Source: Candidatus Marinacidobacterales bacterium
GTDB lineage: Bacteria > Acidobacteriota > Vicinamibacteria > Marinacidobacterales > DATDRI01
Direction of reading: 5' to 3'
NCBI GenBank assembly: GCA_965219415.1
Contig: CBDCNP010000002.1
Span: forward strand, 1,280,001 to 1,344,000
DNA: 64,000 nucleotides
Of this stretch, positions 29,748 to 40,139 are shown piece by piece (the stretch's first letter is position 1; each line of letters opens with the position of its first letter). The notes beneath the pieces are model-generated. The model was not told the origin of the DNA, searched no databases, and worked only from the letters and a program-made list of their open reading frames with translations. Made by a program: the position numbers and the translations under genes.

Positions 29748-31932
29748 CGGTGAGGCTCCTTTCGTTGAGAACCCAGATATCGCCCGGCTGGCTCGTCCGT
29801 TCGTTGAAGACAATATAGAAGTCACTCCCTGGACGGTACATGTATCGCAAGCGAATATTGACTCCGAATTCCCGGCGTACGCTGTTCCACTGGATCAGCG
29901 CTGCACCAAACAGGCGAGTGTTGAGGGCAACACTGCTGCGCAGAGCCGCCAGGTGGGTGCGGAGGTCTCCCGCCAAGAGCCGTATATCACTGGTCGAGTA
30001 CTCGAGATCAAAGAACAAATGCTGGTTGACCTTGAGCTTCGTGGCCGCACCGAGGTCTCGACGAGTGCCGTCGAAGAAGTCCCCGCCCGCCAGGTTTACC
30101 GCGGCCGAAACGTTGCGGTGTTGGGAAGACACGAAACGAGCGTTCCAATGGTCGAAACGGTACTCGCCCGGGGCGATCTCGAGCACCCCGGCGACCCGGA
30201 AAGGTTGTTCGAGGGCCTCGTAAGAGCGCAGCCAAGTGAAGGAGAGCTCATCGGCGCCTTCGAACTCGACCTCGACGCCGGTCGCCAGGTGACGGGTTTC
30301 CAGTAGCCCCCGGAGGTTCTCGACATAGTCCAGCGAGGAGCGGAAGTAGACCTTGCGCATGCCCAGCCGGCCGGGTCGCGGACTCACCTGCAGCCCGAGG
30401 TAACGCCGGTCCATGTCGTCTCTCTGGACGAAGCCCACCTCCGGACTAAAGGCATCGCCCACCTGCATCCAGTCCGTTTCCAAACCCAGCAAATCGCTCT
30501 CCAGAAGGAGGTGAGCGCGGTAGGAGGAAGAGCTCGTTCCAGGGGTGTCCTGATTGCTTCGGGCCCAGAACAGATCCACCTTGCTCCTGGTAAAGAAGGC
30601 AAAATTGGCGTCGAACCCGACCACCTGGTTGGCAGATGGAGTCACTGGGCTCGCCGGGCGGCGATCGGTCCAGAGTAGTCCCACGCCCGACCTCCGGAGA
30701 ACGTCTCGCTTGAGCCGCAAGACGGAGAACGACGTCGCAGGGTAGAGACCCGTGTCCTGGGTGCGCATCCCGAGAAATCCCAGGCTATAGTGCCCGAGCT
30801 TTCCGGTGAGACGGGCTCCGCCCCGGATAGGCACCGGGACGCCTCCCTCGAGTCCGATTCTCCGGCTGAAGAAGGGCAGGACACGGTAGCTCCCTCGTCT
30901 CAACCCAAAGTCGAAGATCCCTCGGCCTTCTTGAAAAAAATCGCGTTTCTCCGGGAAGAAGAGCCCGAAGCGAGTGAGGTTAATTTGCTGCTGGTCTACC
31001 TCGACGTCGGAGAAGTCTGTGTTGACGGTCAGATCGAGGGTCAGGTTGGGTGTGAACCCGTACTTGATGTCGATCCCCGGCTGGAAGGCGTCCCGGGTGG
31101 GTACGTCCTCGACCCGAGACTCGACCGCCGCCGCGGTCACGAAAGGTTTGAACTCAAGGTTGCGGCTTTCGGTGATGTCGTCCAGCCCCTCCAGCACCGC
31201 CGCCGAAGACAGCTTCCCGATTCCTTGAGACGGGTGGTTATACCCGGGCGGGATGAGGGTCGCGTGGACCCACTCGTTCTTATAGAGAATCGCCCGACGG
31301 AGGTTGATGCCCCACCCGCCTGCCTCACCGTCATAGCGAAGGCTCTTGAACGGAATCTCCACCTCCGCCGACCAGCCGTCCGGCCCCACTTGGGTCGCCA
31401 CGTCCCACACTGGGTCCCAGTATCGATTCCAATGGCGTCCTTCCTCGGTGCAGGCCCATTCGTTGCGGGTGCCGAGCGCGTTGATGAGGAACAGATAGCC
31501 GTTGCGGTGGTCGTGAAACGTGTCCAGCATGATGGAGAAGGTGTCATCCTGGGCATACATGCGAGCCTGATCGTAGCGAAGCTCGTTGGCAATCATCTTG
31601 TGAGGTTCGCTGTAAAACACCGTGACGCCGAAATAGAGCTTGTCGCGGGTGTAAACGATCCGGACTTCCGTTCTTTCGGTGGCCGGCTTCCCCTCGTCCG
31701 GCACTTGTTGAAGGAATTTGTCGAAGAGGGGAGCGTCTTTCCAGAGCGGCTCGTCCAGAATCCCGTCGAGTTTGGGAGCCTCGGAAACGGGGATTGCGCG
31801 CAGAACCGTTTCGTGCTCGGCCGCCACCGGCGCTTGAACGTGACGAGGGCCCGCCACAAGTACCTCTCGCCCAACCAAAAGGAGCGTGGCGAGGACGAAG
31901 AGAGATGCCACCAGCAGAGGGCGGTGGGCCAT
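29719..31932 (-). CDS. CBM9-like/DUF5916 outer-membrane protein (copy 2)
   Basis: Close paralog of 17628-19841; signal peptide; ends LTVKWTYLFQV. Confidence 0.82.
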   Translation of the reverse strand: MAHRPLLVASLFVLATLLLVGREVLVAGPRHVQAPVAAEHETVLRAIPVSEAPKLDGILDEPLWKDAPLFDKFLQQVPDEGKPATERTEVRIVYTRDKLYFGVTVFYSEPHKMIANELRYDQARMYAQDDTFSIMLDTFHDHRNGYLFLINALGTRNEWACTEEGRHWNRYWDPVWDVATQVGPDGWSAEVEIPFKSLRYDGEAGGWGINLRRAILYKNEWVHATLIPPGYNHPSQGIGKLSSAAVLEGLDDITESRNLEFKPFVTAAAVESRVEDVPTRDAFQPGIDIKYGFTPNLTLDLTVNTDFSDVEVDQQQINLTRFGLFFPEKRDFFQEGRGIFDFGLRRGSYRVLPFFSRRIGLEGGVPVPIRGGARLTGKLGHYSLGFLGMRTQDTGLYPATSFSVLRLKRDVLRRSGVGLLWTDRRPASPVTPSANQVVGFDANFAFFTRSKVDLFWARSNQDTPGTSSSSYRAHLLLESDLLGLETDWMQVGDAFSPEVGFVQRDDMDRRYLGLQVSPRPGRLGMRKVYFRSSLDYVENLRGLLETRHLATGVEVEFEGADELSFTWLRSYEALEQPFRVAGVLEIAPGEYRFDHWNARFVSSQHRNVSAAVNLAGGDFFDGTRRDLGAATKLKVNQHLFFDLEYSTSDIRLLAGDLRTHLAALRSSVALNTRLFGAALIQWNSVRREFGVNIRLRYMYRPGSDFYIVFNERTSQPGDIWVLNERSLTVKWTYLFQV

Positions 31933-31987
31933 CAGTTTCTACACCGTTTCAATTGTCCGCGTGAGCCAGACCTTCCTTCCCCTGTTC

Positions 31988-34900
31988 TTACGGCTCGGAT
32001 GTCGGGGTTTGATCTTCGATACCTTTCTTAGCTGGGCGCGGCGGCCTCGGCCTAATCGTCGCAAACCGTACCGTGTCCCCTCGACGCTCGTGCGTCCTTT
32101 TCACTTCATAATCGGAATCGTAGAGATATTTCAGGTTGGCCAGGTCGAACTGAAACCCGGCGGCGGCAACGATCTTCATCCAGTCCCCGTACGCGGTCTC
32201 GTCGGGAGCTTCGGTGCCCCAGGACTTGACCGTGACGTTCGGATGGCGCGTGCCGAAATCGCGAGACTTCGGATCGGGTTTCACTCCCTTGAGCGCTTCG
32301 TAGATACGGACACGCTGGTAGTAGTCGCGTTTGAAGTTCGCGGGATCGAACCGCCCGCCGTACCGATCGTAGCGGGAGTACATGCGCTCGTTCATTGCCA
32401 TCACATCCGGCTCGCTCAAGATACCGTCCACGACGTAGTTTCGCAGGGCGAACGCGACCTCTTTGTGGTGTGGGTACTTGGGGTCGTCCACATAGCGCAC
32501 GCTGGTGTACCAACCGCGGGGACCGGCCCACGCGTGGTTGGTGGGGAAACGGGCCCGCACCCAAGCCGCGTAGCCGGCGAAATACTGCACCCACTCGTGC
32601 TTGGGATAGCCGTGGGGATTGAGGAAGATGTCCGGGAGCCAAGTTCTCCACAACTCGGTGCGGACCTTCGCCTCCGGGTAAATGGGATCCTTCTCCCACA
32701 TCTGGACGGTCATATCGATTCCGAGCGAACCGAGATAACCCGCGTGAAGTATGAAGTCGGGAGTGATCTTGTAGAACTCGTAGGCTAGCGCCGCTCCGTC
32801 CGGGTTGGTAATCGGGTGGATGACCACGTTGACGCGCTCGAGGTAACGCTTGTACTCCTCCTCGGTAGCAATGAGCTCGGCCAGGCGGAGGATGTGGCTG
32901 GTGCTCGAAACCTCGTTGGCGTGTTGACGGCCCGAGATAATCAGGACCGGCTTCACGGTACTGGCCTTGGCCTGGGACCAGTGGCTGGCTTCCACCGGCA
33001 ATTTCACATCCATCGCCCATATGTCCTGCCCCAGGAACGAGCGGCCGGCGTGGTAGGCGGTGAACTCGGGGAATGTGTTCAACTTGGCCACCATCTGCTC
33101 GGCTTCCTTCGGACTAATCGGAGCGTCCCAATGAACGATGCGCTCCCCTTGGTGTTCATAGCTTTTTGCTACAGCCAGGATGTCCTGTTGTGGTTTCTTC
33201 CCGGTGGTCTGCAGTGAGGCCGCGGCCTCGCCCTCTCCTACCTGAAAGATGAAGTCCAGCTCCCCGAGCGAGGCATACCCGAAGGCCTCGGTGTAGAGTC
33301 CATTCCTTTGGAGCTCGGCTAGAGCCTCCACCATGGCAAGTGCCTGCTCCTGAGAGAGAATCTGCCGATCCACTTGCTCTTCCCGCGCGCGGAGCAAAAG
33401 CGCCTCCCTCTCGTCCTGCTCGGTGTTCACCTTGCACTCCAGGAACATTTTCTCCAGACGATTCGAGCCCTCGCGGACCGTCACCGCCGCCGCCTTCGGG
33501 GTCTCGACTTCCACCGGTGCGATCTCGAGCTTCCGTTCCACCGGTTCTCCTCCCGGCTCTTGGAATCGAACCACCACTTGGGGGTAGCCCGCCGGCTTGC
33601 CGGTGAAGCGGATGACTGCCTTTCCGGGCCCACCCTTATCGGAAGGGCGCATGTACGGGAGAATTCGGCCCGGATGCCATAGCTTCTCCTCGGACATCCG
33701 CATGCCCATGACATCGAAAAAAGCGATGGTCTCGAAGTAGATGTCTTCGTGAACGGCGTCTAGCGAAGAAATGATCTCCTCGTCGATACCGATGCGATAG
33801 TTGGGCTCGCTCATCGACAGGTCAACCCGCAGCTCCCCGAAGTAAGGCGCGTAGCGGGCACGGGGCTTGCCCTCGTACAGATCCATGACGTGGCTATAGG
33901 CTCGAGGAAGGGTCGATTGCTGGTAGTGATCCCAGAACTTCTCGATGTCGGTCAGGATTCTCTCATCCACCACTGCCTCGCCGTCCACCTTCGCCGTCAC
34001 CCAACCGGTCGTCACGTGCACCTTGTCGTAGTCCGGGAATTGGTCGAACATCGGACGAATCACGTACTTGGCGTCGAAGCTCCCTCGATAGAGCTCCCCT
34101 CCTCGCTTGTCGGTCACAACAACCTCGTAGGTCGGAGACCCCGCCCCTTTCTGCTCGAACTCCACCGACTCCAGAGGGATGCTCAGGTCCCGCGCCAGAA
34201 CCTCATCCACAGGATAAAGCTCCAGCAACCAACGGATCTTCGAGTACACCTCCTGCCACTTCTCCGGCTCGAGCTCGGCGAAGCGAATTTCGATTTTCCC
34301 GATGTCCTTTCCCTGAACCGCGGGAGCCACCACTTCGGTCAGCCAGCTATAGCCCGCCTTGTATGCCGACAGCACCTGAACCTCGACCGTGCCTCCTCCC
34401 ACTTTGCCTGAAAGCTCCGAGCGGATCTCCCCCTCCAACTGTTGTCGGATCTCCGGTGACTCGCTCAGTCGGACTGACAGCTCGACTTCGGAATCGGCCT
34501 TCACCTCAGGGAGCACCTTCTCCCGGAAAATCTTTCGAAAATCATCCACTTCCCAATCGAACTCGACCGTCTCTTCGTGAAGCGTGACCGAGTCATGAAT
34601 ATTGAGGCTACCTACTTGCACGTCCAGCGACGCCGCGCTCAGTTTCGCGCCTAGACGTTGCTCCAGGAAACGCTCCAGCTCCGGGCTCCCTTTGTGGATG
34701 TACACCTTCGCCTCGATCCGCTCCAGCTCCTTCCCACTGAGATCCGACACCAGCTGATCCAGCTTGTAGATCGCCGTCGCCGCCTGACCCGAGGCGTTGC
34801 GAGCGCCTAGAAACTTCCTCGCTTCTTCCGTTACGTCGCCGAGCGTCGGACGATCTTTCCCCCTCTCATCGAGGTGCGGGAGACGCTGGCTCACGTAGTC

Positions 34901-36184
34901 CAGCGCAGCATCCAAACCCGCCTCGTCTCCACCCGTTACGACTACAGCGGCAGAGTCCTCGATCGCTTTCGGAACAACCTGCACCAAGCCTTCCCCGGCG
35001 CTCAGATCGCCACCTCGGAGCTTCCCCCCCTCTCGCAGAGGTGCGATCAGGTCTCCTTCGGTTTCGATCAAGACAGGGTGTCCTTGCTTCGGTACCTCTT
35101 CGAGCTTCGATACTTTCTGCGTCAGCGGCAGACGGATTCCAGCCGACTCCAATCCTAGCCGCGTCGCCAACCAACCCACTCCGGGACGCGCGCTTCCCTC
35201 TCCCAATATGACGGACGTCGCACTCGCGTCCGGGATCATGTCCTTGTTCGTGTCTTCGAAGAGGCCTTCGATGCTATAGAGGTTCGACAAATCAAGTTGT
35301 TTGCTCCCCGGCTTACCCGTGGGGGCCGCCATCGCGGTTTCCGCCGCCGCGGCACTCGGTAGGACCACCGTCTCCTGAGCACCTTCCGCAGAAAGCTCCA
35401 CCTCGAGGCTCGCAAGCCCCGCGTAGCTCAATACCTCCCCGCTTTCACCCCGACCGTGGGCACCGGCTAGCGAGCGAAGCGACTCCTGTGCCGCCTGCAC
35501 CTGCTCTGGGCTGGAAAGTCCCGCCTCGACCGAAACCTTCACCGTCGTCGCGCTCCCATCCGCGACCACCCGAGTCGAACGCGGAGCAGAAGCCGGTGAA
35601 GTCCCCACCTCGGAAAGGAACTTCTCGACATCGCTCTCTACCGTCGCGAAACTCGCCCCGCCGATCTTTCCTACAAACGGAATGCGGCTGGCCACGGCGC
35701 GCGCCGCTGCCAACCCACCCGCGTCATCGGCACCGTAAAGCACGAGTGCATCGTTCGACCCGAAAGCCGAGCGCACTATTACGGCCGCACCCTGACCCGG
35801 CTCCAGTTGCGGTGCGTCCGGAAGGGAGGAAACCCATTTGTTGTTCTCGCCGATGAGAATGATGGGTACGCCGGCCGAAGCGGGTTCGATTTTCGTGTCC
35901 GCGACGACGAGGGCTATGTCCGTTGCCGTGGTCTCATACCCCAGCCGAGCCGCGATTTCCGCCGCTCCAGAAATATCCGCTGGGGAGGCGGACTCCGGAA
36001 TCACGACCCGCGCGTTGACGAAATCGGCGATGCCATCCCCGTTCCGATCCTCCAGGAGAGCCCCTTGACTGAAGAGCGAATCGAAAGCGAGCCGAGTGGT
36101 CTTTTCTTGCAGGCCTTCGAGACCCGGAACTTGAAAGACCCACACTACCGCGACGATAACGAGAATCAACGTCCGTACGCTCAT
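31988..36184 (-). CDS. Giant secreted multidomain protein with M14-like domain (paralog 3, ~1398 aa)
   Basis: Start reassigned to ATG 36184 after GAGGAGGAG. Signal peptide; SGRQHANE, HPITNPDG, DIFLNPHGYP, TEAPDET. More divergent than paralogs 1 and 2 are from each other. Confidence 0.85.
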   Translation of the reverse strand: MSVRTLILVIVAVVWVFQVPGLEGLQEKTTRLAFDSLFSQGALLEDRNGDGIADFVNARVVIPESASPADISGAAEIAARLGYETTATDIALVVADTKIEPASAGVPIILIGENNKWVSSLPDAPQLEPGQGAAVIVRSAFGSNDALVLYGADDAGGLAAARAVASRIPFVGKIGGASFATVESDVEKFLSEVGTSPASAPRSTRVVADGSATTVKVSVEAGLSSPEQVQAAQESLRSLAGAHGRGESGEVLSYAGLASLEVELSAEGAQETVVLPSAAAAETAMAAPTGKPGSKQLDLSNLYSIEGLFEDTNKDMIPDASATSVILGEGSARPGVGWLATRLGLESAGIRLPLTQKVSKLEEVPKQGHPVLIETEGDLIAPLREGGKLRGGDLSAGEGLVQVVPKAIEDSAAVVVTGGDEAGLDAALDYVSQRLPHLDERGKDRPTLGDVTEEARKFLGARNASGQAATAIYKLDQLVSDLSGKELERIEAKVYIHKGSPELERFLEQRLGAKLSAASLDVQVGSLNIHDSVTLHEETVEFDWEVDDFRKIFREKVLPEVKADSEVELSVRLSESPEIRQQLEGEIRSELSGKVGGGTVEVQVLSAYKAGYSWLTEVVAPAVQGKDIGKIEIRFAELEPEKWQEVYSKIRWLLELYPVDEVLARDLSIPLESVEFEQKGAGSPTYEVVVTDKRGGELYRGSFDAKYVIRPMFDQFPDYDKVHVTTGWVTAKVDGEAVVDERILTDIEKFWDHYQQSTLPRAYSHVMDLYEGKPRARYAPYFGELRVDLSMSEPNYRIGIDEEIISSLDAVHEDIYFETIAFFDVMGMRMSEEKLWHPGRILPYMRPSDKGGPGKAVIRFTGKPAGYPQVVVRFQEPGGEPVERKLEIAPVEVETPKAAAVTVREGSNRLEKMFLECKVNTEQDEREALLLRAREEQVDRQILSQEQALAMVEALAELQRNGLYTEAFGYASLGELDFIFQVGEGEAAASLQTTGKKPQQDILAVAKSYEHQGERIVHWDAPISPKEAEQMVAKLNTFPEFTAYHAGRSFLGQDIWAMDVKLPVEASHWSQAKASTVKPVLIISGRQHANEVSSTSHILRLAELIATEEEYKRYLERVNVVIHPITNPDGAALAYEFYKITPDFILHAGYLGSLGIDMTVQMWEKDPIYPEAKVRTELWRTWLPDIFLNPHGYPKHEWVQYFAGYAAWVRARFPTNHAWAGPRGWYTSVRYVDDPKYPHHKEVAFALRNYVVDGILSEPDVMAMNERMYSRYDRYGGRFDPANFKRDYYQRVRIYEALKGVKPDPKSRDFGTRHPNVTVKSWGTEAPDETAYGDWMKIVAAAGFQFDLANLKYLYDSDYEVKRTHERRGDTVRFATIRPRPPRPAKKGIEDQTPTSEP

Positions 36185-36484
36185 GATCGTTCTCCTCCTC
36201 ACAAAGTTAGGGCCCTAGTGAGTCGTGACCTCACGAAGGCAACCGGCGAGGCAAACCCATCAAGTGATGATCACAGCGAAGCGAAGGGAGCCGTCGCGAG
36301 AGTGGGAGTGAATTCCAGCAGCTTAGGGGTAGGCCCCCAGAGGATGCATCACGCCGTATCCTGTGTACATCTACCCCGCGGAAAATGCAAGGACAACTCG
36401 ACCGCGTTTAGTTGAGTGCGGGGCGCCCTCCTTCCCCTGGACCTCCCCGACTTCTTGATGCTCTCAACGCGGACCCTTGAAAGG

Positions 36485-36949
36485 TCAGAACCGGTAACCG
36501 ACGCCGATCGTCAGTCCGACCGGCGCTTCTAGATTGACGTCACCAACACCAAGCCCGTAGGTAAGGACGACTCCGCTCGACCGTCCCACATCGTGGTCTA
36601 CCCCAAAGTAGACGCCGCTACCCTGCAGCCACCGGAAGACGCTGCCGTGGAGCCTCCATCGCCTGCCGGGCTTCTGAAGATAAACGCGAATACCGTAGGC
36701 CCACGGGGTCTCTGCCGTGAGGATACCGACCCCTCCAAGGATGCCCACGTGGTCCGAGAGCTCCAATTCCAGGCCTCCACCTAATATCGGCGATCCATAC
36801 GCCAACCCAGAGCCGAAGCCGGCCTTTGCGTGAACTTCGGCGGTGGATTCCCTGCAAGCGCACAACAACACGGCCGCGGTCAACAAAACCAGGACACCCT
36901 TCTTTCCTGCAACGCCTCTTCTCTCCTCGAGTATCCTTGACTTCATCAT
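36485..36949 (-). CDS. Small putative outer-membrane beta-barrel protein
   Basis: Hydrophobic signal segment, alternating Gly/hydrophobic strands and a terminal GVGYRF motif. Start uncertain. Confidence 0.6.
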   Translation of the reverse strand: MMKSRILEERRGVAGKKGVLVLLTAAVLLCACRESTAEVHAKAGFGSGLAYGSPILGGGLELELSDHVGILGGVGILTAETPWAYGIRVYLQKPGRRWRLHGSVFRWLQGSGVYFGVDHDVGRSSGVVLTYGLGVGDVNLEAPVGLTIGVGYRF

Positions 36950-36968
36950 CGAAGTTTGCAACGGGTCG

Positions 36969-37529
36969 CTACCAGAGACCGGAAAGCTGCTTCTCGATGG
37001 TCTCAATCAGGAACCCGTCCAGCTTTTCCTGAGCCGCTTGTGAGAGTTCGACAAATCGGATGCCGATCCCGCGGGGAAGATGGGCCTCCGAAATCCCCCG
37101 CTCGGTGCACCACGCGACCTCCCCTTTCATTTCAACGCGGTCCTCGTATCTGCTGCCGATTTTGGACAAGTAGAGAGTCAGCGGGGAGCCGATTTCGAAA
37201 AGGGTCTCCGAAGCCAGAAACGCGCCGCCGCGGCTCAGGTTCACCACCCGGGCGGTGTGGGTTTCGCCCTGGTAATGAAGGACAACGTATATCTCTACCG
37301 GCACCCGGAGACGCTTCCAAGCTGTGACCTGGTCGCGGATATCGCTGACTGAGAATTCGGGGATGCCTGGATCCATCGCGAGGCCGCTCTGGGACATCAT
37401 TTGATTGTAAAAGGTCTTGAGTTCCGCCCAGCAGCGCCTCTCATCTTCGGGAGGTAGGCTCCCACCACAATGGTTCTTTGAGTCGTTCAGCGCGCCGAAC
37501 TCTCGGAGCAGATCCAGAACCGTCTTCAT
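36969..37529 (-). CDS. PilZ-domain (c-di-GMP receptor-like) protein
   Basis: KRLRVPV and NLSRGG motifs, GEVAW...GIGIRF; start MKTVL after GAAGGGAG. Confidence 0.82.
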   Translation of the reverse strand: MKTVLDLLREFGALNDSKNHCGGSLPPEDERRCWAELKTFYNQMMSQSGLAMDPGIPEFSVSDIRDQVTAWKRLRVPVEIYVVLHYQGETHTARVVNLSRGGAFLASETLFEIGSPLTLYLSKIGSRYEDRVEMKGEVAWCTERGISEAHLPRGIGIRFVELSQAAQEKLDGFLIETIEKQLSGLW

Positions 37530-37745
37530 GCGATGCTCCCTTCGATCCCTCAAACTGCCGACGGTTGGGGAGACCGGTATGCCCAATCAAAAGCGAGACC
37601 AACTACCGAAGAGTGCCTCAAGCGAGGTGGCCGGTACCGACACCCCAGAATTTCATCCTACTTGCCGTGTCTCCCGCCGAGCTGCCGCTCCTCGGTGGCA
37701 AGATGGAGCTCTGCGGCCCCGCTTTGGATCCAGACTAGCATTGGC

Positions 37746-39741
37746 TCACCGCTCGTCAGGTATCCGGTAGCTCGGATTAATTCCCTTCGCCTTCTCGAAC
37801 ATCCTACGCGCGGGCATGTCCAGCCCCTCGTCCCGGTAGAGCGCGCCGAGCGCGCCGAAGTACTCAGGCTTAGAGGAGTCGAGATCGGTTGCAATCTTGA
37901 GGTTCTCCTCGGCCTCCTGTCGCCACTGCCGGTTTCGGGCTAACGCCAGACCGAGTAGATGGAAGTACTCAGCCTGATCATCCGCAAACTGAATAGCATG
38001 ACGACAGTGCACGATCGTTCCCCAATAGTCCTTCTTCTCGAACGCCTGCTTCGCGCGCCGGAAAAGATCTCTCGCTTCCCGATGGTCCCCATCGCTGTTT
38101 GGAGGCTCCTCGGCCTCTGCTTTCCGTGGGGCCGGCGGCCGCGGTGGTGCTTTTTCCGCGAGCTTCGGCTGGCTATTCACCTCGACCTTCCGTGAGAGAG
38201 TGGTAAAAGCGTCGTCCAGCCGGCTGAAAATATAGGAGAGCTTCTTGTGAAAACCAGGGTCGCCGATCTGGCGGTGGCGATCTGGGTGGTAGCGGAAGAC
38301 CTTTTCGTGAAAGGCTCGTTTTATTTCTTCAAGCCCCGCGTCGCGCTCGAGACCAAGCACTTGCCAGTGATCCTGCTGCTGACAAAGTTCGAAAAGCTGC
38401 TCTATCTCCTGCCGCAGGGTCTCATCTGAACTTGCCGGCTCCTCGCTGGCTTGTTGTGCCTCGGCAGGCTCCGGCTCCCCTTCCAGCTCGATGACCCCCG
38501 CCCGGAGGAGGCCCACCAAAGTACGAGTAGTCTGCGCATCGGAAAGGGGACTCAACGAAAAAATGTAGCGGGGTGGGTGGTGTCCGTCAATGCGGGAAAG
38601 GATGAAGGCCTCGTCAGATGTGAGGCTAACGTTCTGAAAGAGAAGCAACGGAGAGGAGACAGCACGGAGCCGGCGCTCCTCCTTAAGCAGCGCTTTGAGG
38701 TGGCGTTTGATCCTTTTCGTGCGTCGCGCCTCAGTCATGAGGACGTCCGCCACCGAGTCCGAAGCCCGGTCCGCTGTTTCCTCGACCGGGCCCTGCCTTC
38801 TAGTCTCCAGGACGGGGGGCCGCGTCGACCAGCGTCTTCTCAAACCTAGGTTTCTCAGCCGCACCGCCGACCGAGGGTATTGAGCGGAGGGCCTGGACAA
38901 GCTCGGCTCCTGAGGCGAATCTTTGCGAGGGGTCCTTAGCCAAGGCGCCACGCACGACGGTCTGGACCGCCGCAGGGAGGCCTACCTTCTCCCAGTCGAT
39001 GGGGGACGGCTCATCGTAGACAATGGCCTGGAGGACACCCGTCAAATTGCTACTCCGAAATGGCCTTTGACCGGCCAGGCACTCGTACAGGACGCAACCG
39101 AGCGAAAACAGATCGGCGCGGCCGTCCACGTCTTCTCCACGGGCCTGCTCAGGGGACATGTAGTTGGGCGTTCCTACGAGGCTTCCCGACGCGGTGAGGC
39201 TGCTCGAAGACTCGATCTTGGCAATTCCAAAGTCAGTAACTTTCACCTGTCCGGAGGCGGTAGTCATGATGTTGGCCGGTTTGACGTCCCTATGGACCAC
39301 TTTCTGCTGGTGCGCGTAGTCAAGAGCTTCGGCTACTTAAGACAAGATGTCGATAGCCTTGGGAAGGTCAAGGCGCTTCTTTGAAGCTAACACCGATGCG
39401 AGAGATGTCCCATCAAGAAGCTCCATGACGATACAGGTCATATCCGGCGTGGAGACAATGTCGTAAACGGTAACGATGTTCGGGTGCTGGAGCTGGGCCG
39501 CCACCTGAGCTTCTCGTATGAACCGTTGCTTGAGTTCATCTAGCTCCTTGGGGTCATCACATGCGTCGAGACGGATGCGCTTGATGGCCGCCATCCGCTT
39601 GAGGATGGTGTCCCGTGCCTTGTAAACCTCGCCGAAGGCACCCACGCCCAGCCTGGAGATGACTTCGTAGCGGTCGCCCAGGGCCTCCGCCACCCTGTGG
39701 ATGGCCGAGGAGTCGGGCGCTCCGTTGGCGGACCCGGTCAT
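37746..39741 (-). pseudogene. Disrupted Hanks-type Ser/Thr kinase-DnaJ-TPR fusion gene
   Basis: Kinase motifs LGVGAFGEV, AIK, HRDVKPAN, DFG and SPE. In-frame TAA at 39337-39339. +1 frameshift in a G6 run at 38814-38819. The downstream frame has a J-domain (YHPDR) and TPR-like helices. Confidence 0.82.
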
Positions 39742-40139
39742 GGCTGATGCAGGCCCGCGGTTAGCTCATCCAGCCAGGTGGCGTGACAGCCCGAATACAA
39801 TTGGGGCGTGTCCTGGGCCACTGCGTACCAGCATGAGCAAGATTTCACTGCCTTTACCCCTACGGAGCGGACAGATGTCACTTCCGAGAGCCCGAAGGCG
39901 GGAACTACCGACGATTTGACAGAACACAGATTTCCCGTCTTGTGGAAGGCGATCAGCAAGAATCATGCCCGGGAACGGGATGGTCATTTCTCGCCGAAAA
40001 GGCTCCGGGTAGTTGGGTTTGGAAAGACCGGCAACACTCGTTGGCCGGCTGACCAGGGGGAAAAACCCACGCATTCGAGGGAAACTTGACTTGGGGACCG
40101 AAAGTCACACTGGGAGAGGTTGTCAAATCATCTCGTCGA

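Noticed and set aside
30790-33020. Long alternative ORFs (413, 300 and 304 aa) overlapping DUF5916 copy 2 and paralog 3
   Set aside because: They are antisense or alternate-frame shadows of well-supported genes.
36240-36300. GGCAAACC motif suggesting a c-di-GMP-I riboswitch near the PilZ gene
   Set aside because: The rest of the consensus (GAAA loop, GCAAAGC) is not matched, and the motif is on the opposite strand to the downstream gene.
39337-39339. Stop-codon readthrough or recoding in the kinase gene
   Set aside because: The stop is TAA (not a Sec/Pyl codon), TAA terminates other genes in this window, and a second lesion exists downstream.
39808-40089. 93-aa plus-strand ORF
   Set aside because: No convincing RBS or motif; cannot be supported as a gene.
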